A DNA stretch of 64,000 nt from an uncultured Pseudomonadales bacterium (GCA_964447075.1 CAYUQY010000004.1:3760-67759); one strand, 5' to 3'. Shown: positions 19,747 through 30,490, counted from the first letter of the stretch. The notes: generated by a model from the letters alone, not told the origin. Made by a program: numbers and translations.

Positions 19747-20472
19747 TTGAAAAAAATCAAACCTAAAGTTTTTATCGTCATGCCGGCTTACAACGCTGGC
19801 AAGACACTCAAAAAGACTCTCTCCGACATTCCAGATGGTGTGGCTGACAAAATAATCTTAGTTGACGACAGCAGCTCAGACGACACAACAGCTTTGGCCA
19901 AGAAACTTGGACTCGAAGTGGTATCTCATCCTCAAAACAGAGGTTATGGTGGCAATCAAAAGACCTGTTACACCATGGCTATCTCTCAAGGTGCTGATGT
20001 AGTTGTGATGCTTCATCCAGACTACCAGTACGATGCCTCGCTTATCCCAGAGATGATCAAGCCTATTGTGGACGGTCGTGTAGACGTTATGCTTGGCTCA
20101 AGAATTAGATCCAGAGCTGAAGTATTGGCAGGAGGTATGCCACTCTATAAATATCTAGGCAATAGATTTTTGACACTTCTAGAAAACACTATCTTAGGAC
20201 TTAATCTCTCTGAGTATCACACTGGTTATAGAGCTTTTAGCAGTCAGGTGCTCAAAAAAACTCCCTTTCACAAGTACTCTGATGACTTTGTTTTTGATCA
20301 AGAAATACTCTTTGGCCTTGTAGCTCGCGGTGCCAAAATTGGTGAAGTAGCTGTACCTGTACGCTACTTCCCAGAAGCCTCAAGCATCAACTTTTCTAGA
20401 AGCGTGACCTATGGTCTCTCTATACTATATGATCTTTTTGTCTATGTTATATCTAGAGGTAAAGCATTTTAA
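19747..20472 (+). CDS. Polyprenyl-phosphate glycosyltransferase (DPM1-like GT2)
   Basis: MPAYNA, VDDSSSDDT, NRGYGGNQK, HPDYQY, GSR, EYHTGYRA; TTG start. Confidence 0.9.
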   Translation: MKKIKPKVFIVMPAYNAGKTLKKTLSDIPDGVADKIILVDDSSSDDTTALAKKLGLEVVSHPQNRGYGGNQKTCYTMAISQGADVVVMLHPDYQYDASLIPEMIKPIVDGRVDVMLGSRIRSRAEVLAGGMPLYKYLGNRFLTLLENTILGLNLSEYHTGYRAFSSQVLKKTPFHKYSDDFVFDQEILFGLVARGAKIGEVAVPVRYFPEASSINFSRSVTYGLSILYDLFVYVISRGKAF

Positions 20473-20566
20473 GTACCAGTGAACAACTTAAATCACGACA
20501 GCCAAGCAAGAAGTGATGCGTCTTTCACGCAAAACTGAAGTTGGTTGCCAGTAAACTGCAAACCGC

Positions 20567-22312
20567 ATGAAAAAATCAATAATTTTGCTGTCAGTAATTT
20601 TTTTGGTAGGCTTGTTTTTTCGACTCTACAAACTAGATACTCTTCCCAATGAGCTGCACAGAGACGAAGCGGCAATTGGCTACAACGCCCTGTCCATTCT
20701 CAAGACAGGTAAAGATGAACATGGAGCTGGACCCTTTCCAACTGTTTTTTTATCTTTCGGTGACTACAAGTTACCAGGATTAATTTACCTAACAGCCGCA
20801 AGTATTCAGTTACTTGGAGTTTCTATTATTGCCGTGCGCCTACCTGTAGCCCTAGTTGCCTCACTGCTTGTTCCTGCTGTTTTCTTTTTGATCCACGAGC
20901 TCTACGCCAGCAAAAGAACTGCCCTCGTCGCAGCCTTCTTAGCGGCCACTTCTTTTGTCCACATCTTCACTTCTCGTACAGCGTACGAGCCTGCTGTAGC
21001 CCTAACACTCTTCATCACAGCTTTGACCTTTCTTCTTGCAGCTCGCCGCAGAACCGTTTTTTGGATTCCAGCTCTAATCTTTTTTAGCCTTTCCTTTTTT
21101 ACCTACAATGTTCCACTCCTGATAACTCCTGTCTTGCTTGGAGCCACACTCTACTTGTGGAGAGCTGAGTATCTGAAGAACAAAAAAGTCACAGCAGTAG
21201 CCATCGGAATTTTTGGATTAATTTGGTGTGTTTCACTTTTTAGCTTCAAAGACATTATCACCGGCAAGCTAGGAGCAACTATCTTCACCAACCAACCCTT
21301 GCTTCAAGAATCACTGGATAGACGCATTTCCTTGATGCGATCTGGCCTACCCTACAGATTCAGCAACATCGTCATCAACGACTACTTAGAGATGATTCAA
21401 AATATTTCAGAGCGCTATCTCAAAGCCTTTGATACCCAGTTTCTTTTTTTTGAAGGTGGAACCAATCACTGGCACAGTCTAGGAGGGATTAGAGTTGGTA
21501 ACCTCTCAATTTTCCTAGCACCATTTATAGCCTGGGGTTTATTTCTTCTTTTTTCAGATGTTCGCCATCCGTCAAAACTTTCAAAAGCTAGCCTTTTCTT
21601 GCTGATATACTTAGTTTTGTCTATGGTGCCAAATGGCATAACGATAGACTCACCTGTCACTAATAGGCTGATGGATTTTCAGCTCATTCTTTTGCTTTTA
21701 GCTGCCAAAGGAGTAGATACCTTTCTTCAATCAATCGGCGCTAAATTTGTGTTCAAAAAACATAAACTCCAGTATCTGAGTTTAGTTGGTAGCTTGAGTT
21801 TAGTGTACCTCTTCTTTTTCACTCGTTTCTGGCTCTCGTACTCGCAGCTCTTCAATCAAAAACTGGACAGATCGTGGGGAGAAGGTGCTACTCAACTAGC
21901 TCAAGAAGTAGCTCTCATCAGTAGTAAATATGATCAAATCTACATGTCGATGCAGCCAAACTCTGGTTTGCCTGATGTAGAGCTATTTTATGTATATTTG
22001 GCCCTTTTTAACCAAACTGATCCTGCTACCTTTCAAAAAACTGCAGTCTGGAAACATGACTCTAGTTTCCTGAGGCCAGCGTCATTCGACAAGTTTGTCT
22101 TCAAGAAAATAGGCCCTGAGATGAAAGAAGAGCTATCAGCGTTGTCTCAAAAAACTTCCAAGCCACAGACTCTGCTTAACCTAGAGTGGCTAGGCCCCAA
22201 CGAAGAACCAAGAGGAGATGCTGTCATTTTGATTAAGAACAGCTCTGGAGAGCCTTCCTGGCAAGCCACAGAGATAAAACTTGCACCAACTACCCCTACT
22301 GTTCATGAGTAA
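20567..22312 (+). CDS. ArnT/PMT_2-like GT-C glycosyltransferase (TGxDE paralog)
   Basis: RDEAAIGYNA..TGKDEHG..SFGDYKLPG, VRLP, SRTAYE. Confidence 0.85.
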   Translation: MKKSIILLSVIFLVGLFFRLYKLDTLPNELHRDEAAIGYNALSILKTGKDEHGAGPFPTVFLSFGDYKLPGLIYLTAASIQLLGVSIIAVRLPVALVASLLVPAVFFLIHELYASKRTALVAAFLAATSFVHIFTSRTAYEPAVALTLFITALTFLLAARRRTVFWIPALIFFSLSFFTYNVPLLITPVLLGATLYLWRAEYLKNKKVTAVAIGIFGLIWCVSLFSFKDIITGKLGATIFTNQPLLQESLDRRISLMRSGLPYRFSNIVINDYLEMIQNISERYLKAFDTQFLFFEGGTNHWHSLGGIRVGNLSIFLAPFIAWGLFLLFSDVRHPSKLSKASLFLLIYLVLSMVPNGITIDSPVTNRLMDFQLILLLLAAKGVDTFLQSIGAKFVFKKHKLQYLSLVGSLSLVYLFFFTRFWLSYSQLFNQKLDRSWGEGATQLAQEVALISSKYDQIYMSMQPNSGLPDVELFYVYLALFNQTDPATFQKTAVWKHDSSFLRPASFDKFVFKKIGPEMKEELSALSQKTSKPQTLLNLEWLGPNEEPRGDAVILIKNSSGEPSWQATEIKLAPTTPTVHE

Positions 22313-22386
22313 CAAAGCTCTCACAGAGAGATAAAACTTGCACCAACTACCCCTACTGTTCATGAGTAACAAAGCTCTCACAGAGA
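22270..22386. repeat. Perfect tandem duplication, period 57 bp
   Basis: 22270-22329 is identical to 22327-22386 (AGAGATAAAACTTGCACCAACTACCCCTACTGTTCATGAGTAACAAAGCTCTCACAGAGA). Confidence 0.95.
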
Positions 22387-24134
22387 ACTTTGGGCGTGAG
22401 TGACTCTAGATTGAAGTTATCCTGTCTAACGTGACTAAATCGATCTAAGTTGTGCTGGGCACAGAGAGTGTCGTTGTAGATCCTAAAGATAGCTCCTGAG
22501 TCAAGTAGTGAGGGTATTGCTCTTGTGACTAGACTCTTCTTGTCGTAATCGAGAGGAGTGCTCTCACACCAGCCTATATTGGCGTCAGCAATAACGGTTG
22601 TCTGACCATCAAACATTTCTGGCTTCAGACAAGCTGTGTCCACTCTGAGATTGTTAAGCAGGTACTTTTCTGATTTAACTGCCTGTTGAATTTGAGACAT
22701 ATTCTCACTGTTAATTGATTGAGAAAAGTAGAGGATTTCCTCAAACACAAATCTGCTTTCATCGGCTAGAACAATTAGTTTTTGTGTTCTTGGAAGGCGC
22801 AGATAGTAGTTGGCTACCACTCTCTCAGCAAAGTAAGTTCCTCTAGTACCAATGATAGGTAGTCGAAAAAAGTACTCAAAGGAAAAACGACTCACGAAAA
22901 TGAAGTAAACGATGATGATTGACGATCTCAACCACCACTTCGAGCTCGACCATACTGTACCCAGCCCAACTCCTGCCAACAAAACATAGGTAGGAATGAG
23001 AAGGCTAGCTCGAAATGCAATCCAAGTATCACGCCTACTCAAGGCCACTGGCAAAGGAGCTGTCAACAACAAGCCTGTAATCAAAATAGCAGCCAGACGA
23101 TACTCCTTCTTTTTCCACAACACTCCAAAACCTATCACTATAAAAACTAAATCTACTGTGTGAAAAAATCCCAATGACCAGACTGAAAATGGATTGCGCA
23201 CTGGCTCGCCAGACACAAAAAAGAGCCTTAGGTCAAAGCTTTCTACATACTTAGCTATAAACTCTTTAGTAAGATAGGTGTACTTATTGGAAACGGTACT
23301 TAACCAAGGAACGTCAAGAGTTAGCTGGCGATCTTCATTGACTAAGGCTTGGACTCGACTCATGTCAGAAAATATAAAGTCTCCTAGACGACTGCTAGCT
23401 TTCTGATTTTTTAAGTTTAGTAAGAAAAAAGCTACCATCACGAAGCCGCTGCAGAAGAACACTACCCAAGTAAAGACACTGTGCCAAGATATTTTCTTTG
23501 AGAGCTGTCTAGACTCAAGATAATCGTAAGTAATGAGCAAGATAATTATCGGCAAGAAAACTACTTTGTGTCCTTGATACTGATAGAAACCCAAACTAAG
23601 CGGCAAGAGTGTCAAAAGCTTCCACCAACCCTTTGTTCTCAAGAATATCCAGATGCCTGAGAAGTAACACAACAAGCTTAAAAGAGGATCAAAACCACTT
23701 CTAGAAAACTGGAACAGCCAGGGATTAAAAGTAGCTGCTAGAGCTACACTGATAGCAATGACCCGATTGGAAAACAGCTTTAAAGCCACTGCCGACAAAA
23801 CCACTATCATCAATACCCCTGCCATGATGGACACAAGCTTGGCAGATAGCGGCCAGACCGCTGTCACTAAAAAACCCAGAGACATTAAAACGCCTGGTAG
23901 TTCAGCAAAAAGAGGATGGGCAACTGTCAAGCTCCAGGGTCTCCACTCACCTGATTGATCGGAGCCTGTCAAACTCACACTGCGAGCTTGATTGAGGTAA
24001 AAAACCTCGTCATGGCTAACCACGGGTGGAAGGCTTTCAATTTTGTAGACACGCCCCAAAATAGCGAACAGTACTAGAAGGCACCAAAAAAGTGTCCATC
24101 TGTTTTTTAAAGAGAGTAGTTTTTTAACAAGCAT
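22353..24134 (-). CDS. ArnT/PMT_2-like GT-C glycosyltransferase (divergent paralog)
   Basis: SHDEVFY..TGSDQSG, SRSGFD, YQGHK; start trimmed to ATG 24134, which overlaps the upstream stop. Confidence 0.8.
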   Translation of the reverse strand: MLVKKLLSLKNRWTLFWCLLVLFAILGRVYKIESLPPVVSHDEVFYLNQARSVSLTGSDQSGEWRPWSLTVAHPLFAELPGVLMSLGFLVTAVWPLSAKLVSIMAGVLMIVVLSAVALKLFSNRVIAISVALAATFNPWLFQFSRSGFDPLLSLLCYFSGIWIFLRTKGWWKLLTLLPLSLGFYQYQGHKVVFLPIIILLITYDYLESRQLSKKISWHSVFTWVVFFCSGFVMVAFFLLNLKNQKASSRLGDFIFSDMSRVQALVNEDRQLTLDVPWLSTVSNKYTYLTKEFIAKYVESFDLRLFFVSGEPVRNPFSVWSLGFFHTVDLVFIVIGFGVLWKKKEYRLAAILITGLLLTAPLPVALSRRDTWIAFRASLLIPTYVLLAGVGLGTVWSSSKWWLRSSIIIVYFIFVSRFSFEYFFRLPIIGTRGTYFAERVVANYYLRLPRTQKLIVLADESRFVFEEILYFSQSINSENMSQIQQAVKSEKYLLNNLRVDTACLKPEMFDGQTTVIADANIGWCESTPLDYDKKSLVTRAIPSLLDSGAIFRIYNDTLCAQHNLDRFSHVRQDNFNLESLTPKVLCESFVTHEQ

Positions 24135-25863
24135 TTTTTTGTTTAACATAGGCTGTGGCATCGTAAAAATAAACGTAACGTAGTGAACCATTGGCTGAGC
24201 GAATTACCTTGAGTGGCTCAACAAAATCAAGTTCTTCGTTGGTCATGAAGACAGCTCTTTGACCCAGTTTTTCAGCCTCACAACCTACAGAATCAAGTGA
24301 AACATCTTTGACAAAAATATTATTATAGTTGACCGTGTGCTGAAAGCCTGAAGCTTCTTTTTCTCCAAGGACCGCCGATGATTGATACTTCTGGGGATCA
24401 AGGTGGTTGTAAAAAGCATAAAACATAATTGGATCTGAGAAAAATGGCCTAATGACGACTCTCGTCTCAGGGCTAAAAGTACTCAGATACTCATACGACT
24501 CAGGTAAGTAAGATTGATACAGAGCATCATTTTTGAGGCTATGGATAAAAATAAAGTCAGAAACAAACCGTAAACCTGAAAAACTATAAATGACTCCCCA
24601 GGCTAACCAAAAGCAACTTAAGGCAAGGCGGCCATGTTTATGGCGAGAGTTAAGGATCATAGATGTCAAGCTAAGAGCGCCAGCAACTATCAAAATTAAA
24701 ATAAAAGGAAAAAGCGCAGACATTCGCACTTTTTGGGCTTCGCCAGCGAGTATGGTAGGAATAGGCGTAACGATCAAACCAAGCAGCACCAGCCATTTTG
24801 CTAAAGGATCTAGTCCTAGAGTTTTGGGAAAACAAATAAAAGCTACCAAGCCAATAATCAGCAGTGGATAAACAAGCGGGAAAAACTGGCCAGTTTGATC
24901 AACAGTCAAAAAAGGTGTGTCTTTTTCCCCTTGGGTGACAAGATATTGAGGTGAAAAAACATGAAGATAGCGCGATGCAAGAGTGCTGATAACTTCGAGT
25001 GGCTTGTTCCAGAGCAAGCTACAGACTGATAGTGGTAACTGCATGTTACAGAAAGTGCGCTGCTCATTGATTTTTTGGGCTAGGCCAGTATCTGAGGTAA
25101 TACCCACTTGTTTGTAGCGGCTGGTAAAAGAGCTAATAGCTGCCGGTTGAAAGAGAGGCAGAACGGTCAGAACAAAAGCCAGAATCCAGATAAAAATAGA
25201 TTTTCGCGGAAGGTTAGTTTTTTTATCTGAGTAAAACAGCCAAGTTGAGCAGAAAATTAAAATCAGAGCGGTGATAGGTCGATATGAGATGTAAGCATAC
25301 CAAGTCAGAGCCAGTGAGATACCAGAGCTTACTAAGAAGATCTTGTGGTACTTCGGAGACTGTAGGGCTGCTCCCAAAAGTGACAAGCCCAGGGTAAAGA
25401 GGAACAGAGCCAAGTTAGACTCCAATCCAAAGCGACTCAAGAAAATACTCCAAGGACTGAAAGCGGTCACAACTGCTGCCAGAGAGAAAGCCCACCATCT
25501 CTTGTCATTTTTCCAAAAGATTGCCAACATCAAAAAACCAGAAACAAGTGGCAGGACACTCCCTGCCAAAGCAGAGGGAACTCTGATGCTCAGGGTACTA
25601 AGACCCATGCTAGCCACAACTGGCATCAGACTGTAAGCATAGGCAGGCAGTTTATCGTCACCAAACCCTTTAAATATAACCGGCCACGAGCTGGAGTGTT
25701 CATCTCTGCCAGTAGCAAGAAGAGAGTAGGCGATGTATCCAAAGTGAGCCTCATCTACTAAGGCACCTTTGGGTGCAGAACCTAGCTGCCAAAAACGCAT
25801 GAGAGCACCTGAAATCAGAGCCAAAACAAGCAAAATAACTGGGAGTAGATAAGACTTTTTCAT
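24124..25863 (-). CDS. ArnT/PMT_2-like GT-C glycosyltransferase (TGxDE paralog)
   Basis: VDEAHFGY..TGRDEH..GFGDDKLP, IRVPS, SRFGLE. Confidence 0.85.
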   Translation of the reverse strand: MKKSYLLPVILLVLALISGALMRFWQLGSAPKGALVDEAHFGYIAYSLLATGRDEHSSSWPVIFKGFGDDKLPAYAYSLMPVVASMGLSTLSIRVPSALAGSVLPLVSGFLMLAIFWKNDKRWWAFSLAAVVTAFSPWSIFLSRFGLESNLALFLFTLGLSLLGAALQSPKYHKIFLVSSGISLALTWYAYISYRPITALILIFCSTWLFYSDKKTNLPRKSIFIWILAFVLTVLPLFQPAAISSFTSRYKQVGITSDTGLAQKINEQRTFCNMQLPLSVCSLLWNKPLEVISTLASRYLHVFSPQYLVTQGEKDTPFLTVDQTGQFFPLVYPLLIIGLVAFICFPKTLGLDPLAKWLVLLGLIVTPIPTILAGEAQKVRMSALFPFILILIVAGALSLTSMILNSRHKHGRLALSCFWLAWGVIYSFSGLRFVSDFIFIHSLKNDALYQSYLPESYEYLSTFSPETRVVIRPFFSDPIMFYAFYNHLDPQKYQSSAVLGEKEASGFQHTVNYNNIFVKDVSLDSVGCEAEKLGQRAVFMTNEELDFVEPLKVIRSANGSLRYVYFYDATAYVKQKNAC

Positions 25864-25942
25864 GTGCTAATTTGCTATATCCAGAGTATACTCCTATAGG
25901 TCTGACACTTCACTAAGCTTTTTAGTTGCCGGACTCAACTTC

Positions 25943-27052
25943 ATGTCAGATATCTCTCTCTCCTCCAAAAACTACAACTTTGCCTTCGATGTAGTTCGTT
26001 GTCTAGCTATCATAGGCATCATTGCCATTCATGTCCTCTATCCCATTTATGCTCGCACGGACTTCATGGGCGGAATCTCCTGGTGGATAGCTACTGTTAT
26101 CAACACCTTTTCTCGTCCAAGTGTGCCACTGTTTGTGATTCTAAGTGGAGCACTGCTGATGTCAAGTCCTCAAGTTTCAAGCTGGAGGTTCATTGTCTCC
26201 AAAACATTTTTTCGGGTTGTGGTTCCGCTCGTGGTCTGGAGTAGTATTTACCTCTGGTGGGAAACAAGTAAGGGAAGCAAAATGGACTGGGGTATTTTTC
26301 TAGACATGCTTGCTTCTGGTAACCTCTATCACCTCTATTTTTTGGTTATTCTTGTGCCACTCTATCTACATGCACCAGGTCTTGCTCTTGTGTTCCAGCA
26401 AAAGTCTAAGACTCTGCCTCTCTATTTTATGTCACTTGGAGTCGTTCTTGGCTTATGTCTTGGTTTTGTAGCCTACTTCATCTACAAGAATAGCAATGTT
26501 CTCAACGCCTTCACACTCTGGCTACCTTACGCAGGGTACTTCTTTTTTGGTAAGTGGGCTGTTGATCAGAACTTTACAAAACGTCAGCTACAGCTCTGGT
26601 TGCTAACTTACGTAGTAAGCACTCTCGCTACTTTATTTCTTGGCATCAACAGTCTCAGGCAGCTATCTGAGGGTAACCTACTTTTTTGGAAAGTGGGAGG
26701 TCTAGAGTACTTCACTGATTACCACTCCCCCACTGTCACTGCCAATGCCTTAAGTCTCTTCGTTTTACTGATCTCATATCTGAAGCTGCAGAAAAAGACT
26801 TCTCAGTTAGTGATGGCCATCAAGCTGTCTGCTTTTCACTTGGCACGTGCTAGCTTTGGCATGTACTTGATTCACTCTATCGTCATTAATGTTTATGATC
26901 AATTAGGATACTTTACCTATCTGCCGCAGTACGGTCCGATCTGGGTCTCAGGACTTTCTAAGCTCATGACTGTAGTTGTCACTAGCTTTGTAGTCGTGAG
27001 TATTATTAAACGGGTACCTTTTCTAAAAGTAGTGATTGGGGAAAAAACTTAA
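25943..27052 (+). CDS. Acyltransferase family 3 (glycan O-acyltransferase)
   Basis: FDVVRCLAIIGIIAIH, RPSVPLFVILSGALL, YHLYFL, SFGMYLIH; about 10 TMs. Confidence 0.9.
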   Translation: MSDISLSSKNYNFAFDVVRCLAIIGIIAIHVLYPIYARTDFMGGISWWIATVINTFSRPSVPLFVILSGALLMSSPQVSSWRFIVSKTFFRVVVPLVVWSSIYLWWETSKGSKMDWGIFLDMLASGNLYHLYFLVILVPLYLHAPGLALVFQQKSKTLPLYFMSLGVVLGLCLGFVAYFIYKNSNVLNAFTLWLPYAGYFFFGKWAVDQNFTKRQLQLWLLTYVVSTLATLFLGINSLRQLSEGNLLFWKVGGLEYFTDYHSPTVTANALSLFVLLISYLKLQKKTSQLVMAIKLSAFHLARASFGMYLIHSIVINVYDQLGYFTYLPQYGPIWVSGLSKLMTVVVTSFVVVSIIKRVPFLKVVIGEKT

Positions 27053-27053
27053 C

Positions 27054-28571
27054 TCAAGGTTTTTTGAGAGTATAAACTTCAAAACTTCGACCTTCTTGTG
27101 AGAACTCAAGCTTGGACATCTGTCTGAACCCTAGCTTCTCTTCTAGGTCGATAATCTTATGATCTTCTAGACAGTTGTCACCTTGTTTGCAGATGTAGAT
27201 GCGCCTGACAGGAGCTATGGAGCTCGAAGAGATGTCTAGGTTGGGATCTTGTGAAGTGGAAAACTGATCGAAGGGATTTTTGTTCACTTCTCTAGGCCAG
27301 ATATACTTGAGGCTATCTCTATAGAATTTGTAAGGCACGTCAACTACTGTGTAACTCTCGCCTCCAGCCTCAGACTCAATTTTATGGATTAAAGTTGAAA
27401 GAATTTGGTAGTCATGCTGGGGAGATGCAGTAAAAAGAGGCTGATGCGAAGTAGCAAGAACAGAGACTAGAGTAATCGTGACAACCTGAGCTACTGTCGC
27501 TTTCCAGTTGGTCCCAAGTCGATTCAGTAGAGATGAAAGCAAACAAACTGGTAAGTAAACACAAAATAATAAATAGAACTCATGCTTATCCCCTCTGTAG
27601 ATTCTCATACCAACCAAACTGCTTAAGAAAAAACCTAGAAGAATTAAATCGCTTGTATATCTAGTAAATCCAGACTTAGCAGCTTCCAAAACCCTCAGAG
27701 TCAAATGTAGTAAGCTAAAGCCTAAGAGTAACCTGCCAAGTGCGATGGATGGAGAGCTGACACCTATAAAAGTTTCGAAGAGGGAAGGTAGAGAGGTAGT
27801 AAAAAACGGCAACAACCTAGTCCTTTGATAAAATTGAGAGTGATCTTCTCTAAAAAAGTGCCAGATGTTTGTAAAATTATTTAGGGTTACGGTAAGGTCG
27901 AAGAGAAGTGGCAACAAGGTGCTTGCGCCAGCAAGAATAGCTACCAACCACCACTTTCTTGAAGTTGGCTGTCGTACAAAGCTCCAGATAACCACTGGGC
28001 CCAAGAAAAAAAACAGAATAAATGCTTGATAATGGAGCTGAAATGCCAGCATAGCGGCAACTATAGCTACCGTTGGCCAAACTTTACTTTTTGTCTTGAT
28101 AAGCTCACAAACAGCCAAAAACATTAAACTCGAAAAGAAAGGAATCATGTTGGGATTCCAGGCAAAAACACTAAAAGTGATCGCAAATGGTGAGACTGCA
28201 TAGAGAATACCCATCGCTATCCCAGAGCGGATTGACCAGTGACGAAACCCAATTAAAAAAAGAATTACTGGTGTAAAAGACTCAACTAAAACGATCATAA
28301 GTGAGGCGGAAGTAGGCCAGCCATTACTCAACCAAAATGGAATAGCCATCAGATAGTAGTAAAACGGCATGACATAAAAGTCGCCTACGCTAGCTTTAGG
28401 ACCTAAGACAAAAGGCGTTCCTGTCTGGATATGGTCCCAAACATAGAGAGCATCACGACCGTGATCGTCCCCGAACTGGTTGATGTGGTTCAACTGAAGT
28501 AACCGCAGACCCAGACTAAGAAGAAAAAGCAGTGTAATTAAAACTGGAACTTTATATTTGCGAAAAAACAT
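27054..28571 (-). CDS. ArnT/PMT_2-like GT-C glycosyltransferase (DxGRD subtype)
   Basis: FGDDHGRDA, LGP, PFYYYL, WNPN, QLHY. Confidence 0.8.
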   Translation of the reverse strand: MFFRKYKVPVLITLLFLLSLGLRLLQLNHINQFGDDHGRDALYVWDHIQTGTPFVLGPKASVGDFYVMPFYYYLMAIPFWLSNGWPTSASLMIVLVESFTPVILFLIGFRHWSIRSGIAMGILYAVSPFAITFSVFAWNPNMIPFFSSLMFLAVCELIKTKSKVWPTVAIVAAMLAFQLHYQAFILFFFLGPVVIWSFVRQPTSRKWWLVAILAGASTLLPLLFDLTVTLNNFTNIWHFFREDHSQFYQRTRLLPFFTTSLPSLFETFIGVSSPSIALGRLLLGFSLLHLTLRVLEAAKSGFTRYTSDLILLGFFLSSLVGMRIYRGDKHEFYLLFCVYLPVCLLSSLLNRLGTNWKATVAQVVTITLVSVLATSHQPLFTASPQHDYQILSTLIHKIESEAGGESYTVVDVPYKFYRDSLKYIWPREVNKNPFDQFSTSQDPNLDISSSSIAPVRRIYICKQGDNCLEDHKIIDLEEKLGFRQMSKLEFSQEGRSFEVYTLKKP

Positions 28572-28579
28572 AACTAGAT

Positions 28580-30490
28580 TTACTTAACAAGAAGTATTTT
28601 CCAAATTTCTTCATTTTGTGGACCTTTCACACTCTCCAAAACTCTAACAGATTCAAACTTATTACTTACTTTTTCAAACATGGCTGGTGAAACAGCTACT
28701 ACACCTTTGGTAATCTCATCAATTGAGTTAAAAAAGACCATCCGTTTTGGAAAAGTCATACTTAGAAGCTCACCCTGATCATGATAATTTATTTTGTCAT
28801 TTTTCTGCACGACTATGGGATCAATTTTACTATAAAACCAGTAGTACATAGCCGGCCTTCCCTGTGATCTAGCCACGAACTGTGTTTCGCTGGAGTAGTC
28901 TTGATCAATAGCTTCAAGTTTGGAGAAGAGCTCTTGATAACCATACTGCCACCAGGCTACTGCCGCTTGTTTGGTATAGATAGTTGTGTAGTAACTCCAG
29001 AAGAGTCCGAACTGGGTTAAAACTGAAAGTACCAGGAGGCCAATCGTCACAATCTTCATCCCGAAACTTGGCATGAGTAGTTTTTTTAAGTTAAACGTAG
29101 TAAATAAAACATTTCTTGAGACTGAAGCCTGCAGTTGCGATGCGCTTTTGAGTACTACATTAACTAGACTACTTGCCCCTACTGTCGACACCACCAACCA
29201 GACTGGTAAAGTAATCAGAATTCTCAAAGCATGGGGGGAGCCAAAAGAGATAGCAGAAGGCAAGATGCCTATAAATAGCCAGAAGGACAGTAGTAAGTAC
29301 TTCCTAGAAAAGTTTTTGATCACTACTACCAAGCCAAAAAAAAGAAAAACTAAGTCTAGAGGATAGAACAAGCCGAAGTAGCCAGTAGAGTGTCGCAAGT
29401 TACTATCTCCACTCAAAAACAAAAAATCCAGTCTAAAGTGGGAGAAAAAATTGGCAGTAATCTCTTTAGCAAACAAGACGTAGCGATGAAAGATAAGTCT
29501 TGAAACTAAAGTATGACCACTCTGCTCAATAAGTCGATTGCTTTTTTCAATGATGGAAATGTCAGTAAAGATACTCGTTTGGGCAAACCGCTGTTGCAGG
29601 ACAGGACTTCTTGAGGCCAACAAGATTGGCGTCACAAGAGATAAAAAGAGAGCAGTTAGTCCTACAAATAAGTAGCGTTTTTGCTGAAGATTCTGTATCA
29701 AGCTTTTTTTTAAGCTAAAGCTAGGAGAAAGTTTAAGAGAAAAAAGGTACTCAAGCATGAGATAAACCCAAAGTATTGGCGCCACAACTCTGGCTGCGTG
29801 ATAGGCATACATGGACAGTCCAAATAAAACTGTACCTGCCGCCAACTGAACATAAGAGGAAAAAGCAAAACTTTCATTCTTGCTAAGAGCAAGAGTTTTT
29901 TTGCTAGACTTAATCTCAGTTGCTGATGATCTATTTGAGTTAACAACCACAACTGTTTCTTGGCCAAACTCAACTGCAGCTCTCATCAAAATTACGGCCC
30001 AAAGAATGAGACAACTACTCAAGTTTACCTCCCATCCACCTCGAGAAAACATCACTGCCCAAGGATTGAGTGATGCAAGGAACATACCTAGCAACTGAAG
30101 CCTGTTACTCTTGGTGAGCTGTTTGATCAAAACGCCTACTCCAATCACTATCATTACCCCAGCAACTACGCTCGGGAGTCTGACTGCTTCCACAGTTAAG
30201 CCAAAGAGAGCTATAAAAGGAACTACAGCATAAAAATAAAGGCTAGGTTTCCAGTCACCAAAAGACTCAAAAGCAACTACTGGAAAAAAATTACCATGAT
30301 GATCTTTGCCAGTTTTTAAAATGGAGTAGGCATCATAACCCAGTGCTACTTCTTCCCAATATGGGGAAGGAGGCGTGCTTGTAAGGAGTGTTAGCCGTAC
30401 TCCTAAAGCAAGAAAAACTAGCAAGCTAAACAAAAGTCCGAACCAATGTGCTGAGAGAAATCGTCTAGTGTTTTCAATCATATTTTTCAT
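28580..30490 (-). CDS. ArnT/PMT_2-like GT-C glycosyltransferase (TGxDE paralog, EE variant)
   Basis: YWEEVALGY..TGKDHHG..SFGDWKP, SRGGWE, GDSNLRH, PHALR. Confidence 0.85.
   Translation of the reverse strand: MKNMIENTRRFLSAHWFGLLFSLLVFLALGVRLTLLTSTPPSPYWEEVALGYDAYSILKTGKDHHGNFFPVVAFESFGDWKPSLYFYAVVPFIALFGLTVEAVRLPSVVAGVMIVIGVGVLIKQLTKSNRLQLLGMFLASLNPWAVMFSRGGWEVNLSSCLILWAVILMRAAVEFGQETVVVVNSNRSSATEIKSSKKTLALSKNESFAFSSYVQLAAGTVLFGLSMYAYHAARVVAPILWVYLMLEYLFSLKLSPSFSLKKSLIQNLQQKRYLFVGLTALFLSLVTPILLASRSPVLQQRFAQTSIFTDISIIEKSNRLIEQSGHTLVSRLIFHRYVLFAKEITANFFSHFRLDFLFLSGDSNLRHSTGYFGLFYPLDLVFLFFGLVVVIKNFSRKYLLLSFWLFIGILPSAISFGSPHALRILITLPVWLVVSTVGASSLVNVVLKSASQLQASVSRNVLFTTFNLKKLLMPSFGMKIVTIGLLVLSVLTQFGLFWSYYTTIYTKQAAVAWWQYGYQELFSKLEAIDQDYSSETQFVARSQGRPAMYYWFYSKIDPIVVQKNDKINYHDQGELLSMTFPKRMVFFNSIDEITKGVVAVSPAMFEKVSNKFESVRVLESVKGPQNEEIWKILLVK

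Noticed and set aside
22270-22386. Repeat as a CRISPR array or IS target-site duplication
   Set aside because: Only two abutting copies, no spacer, and no cas or transposase gene
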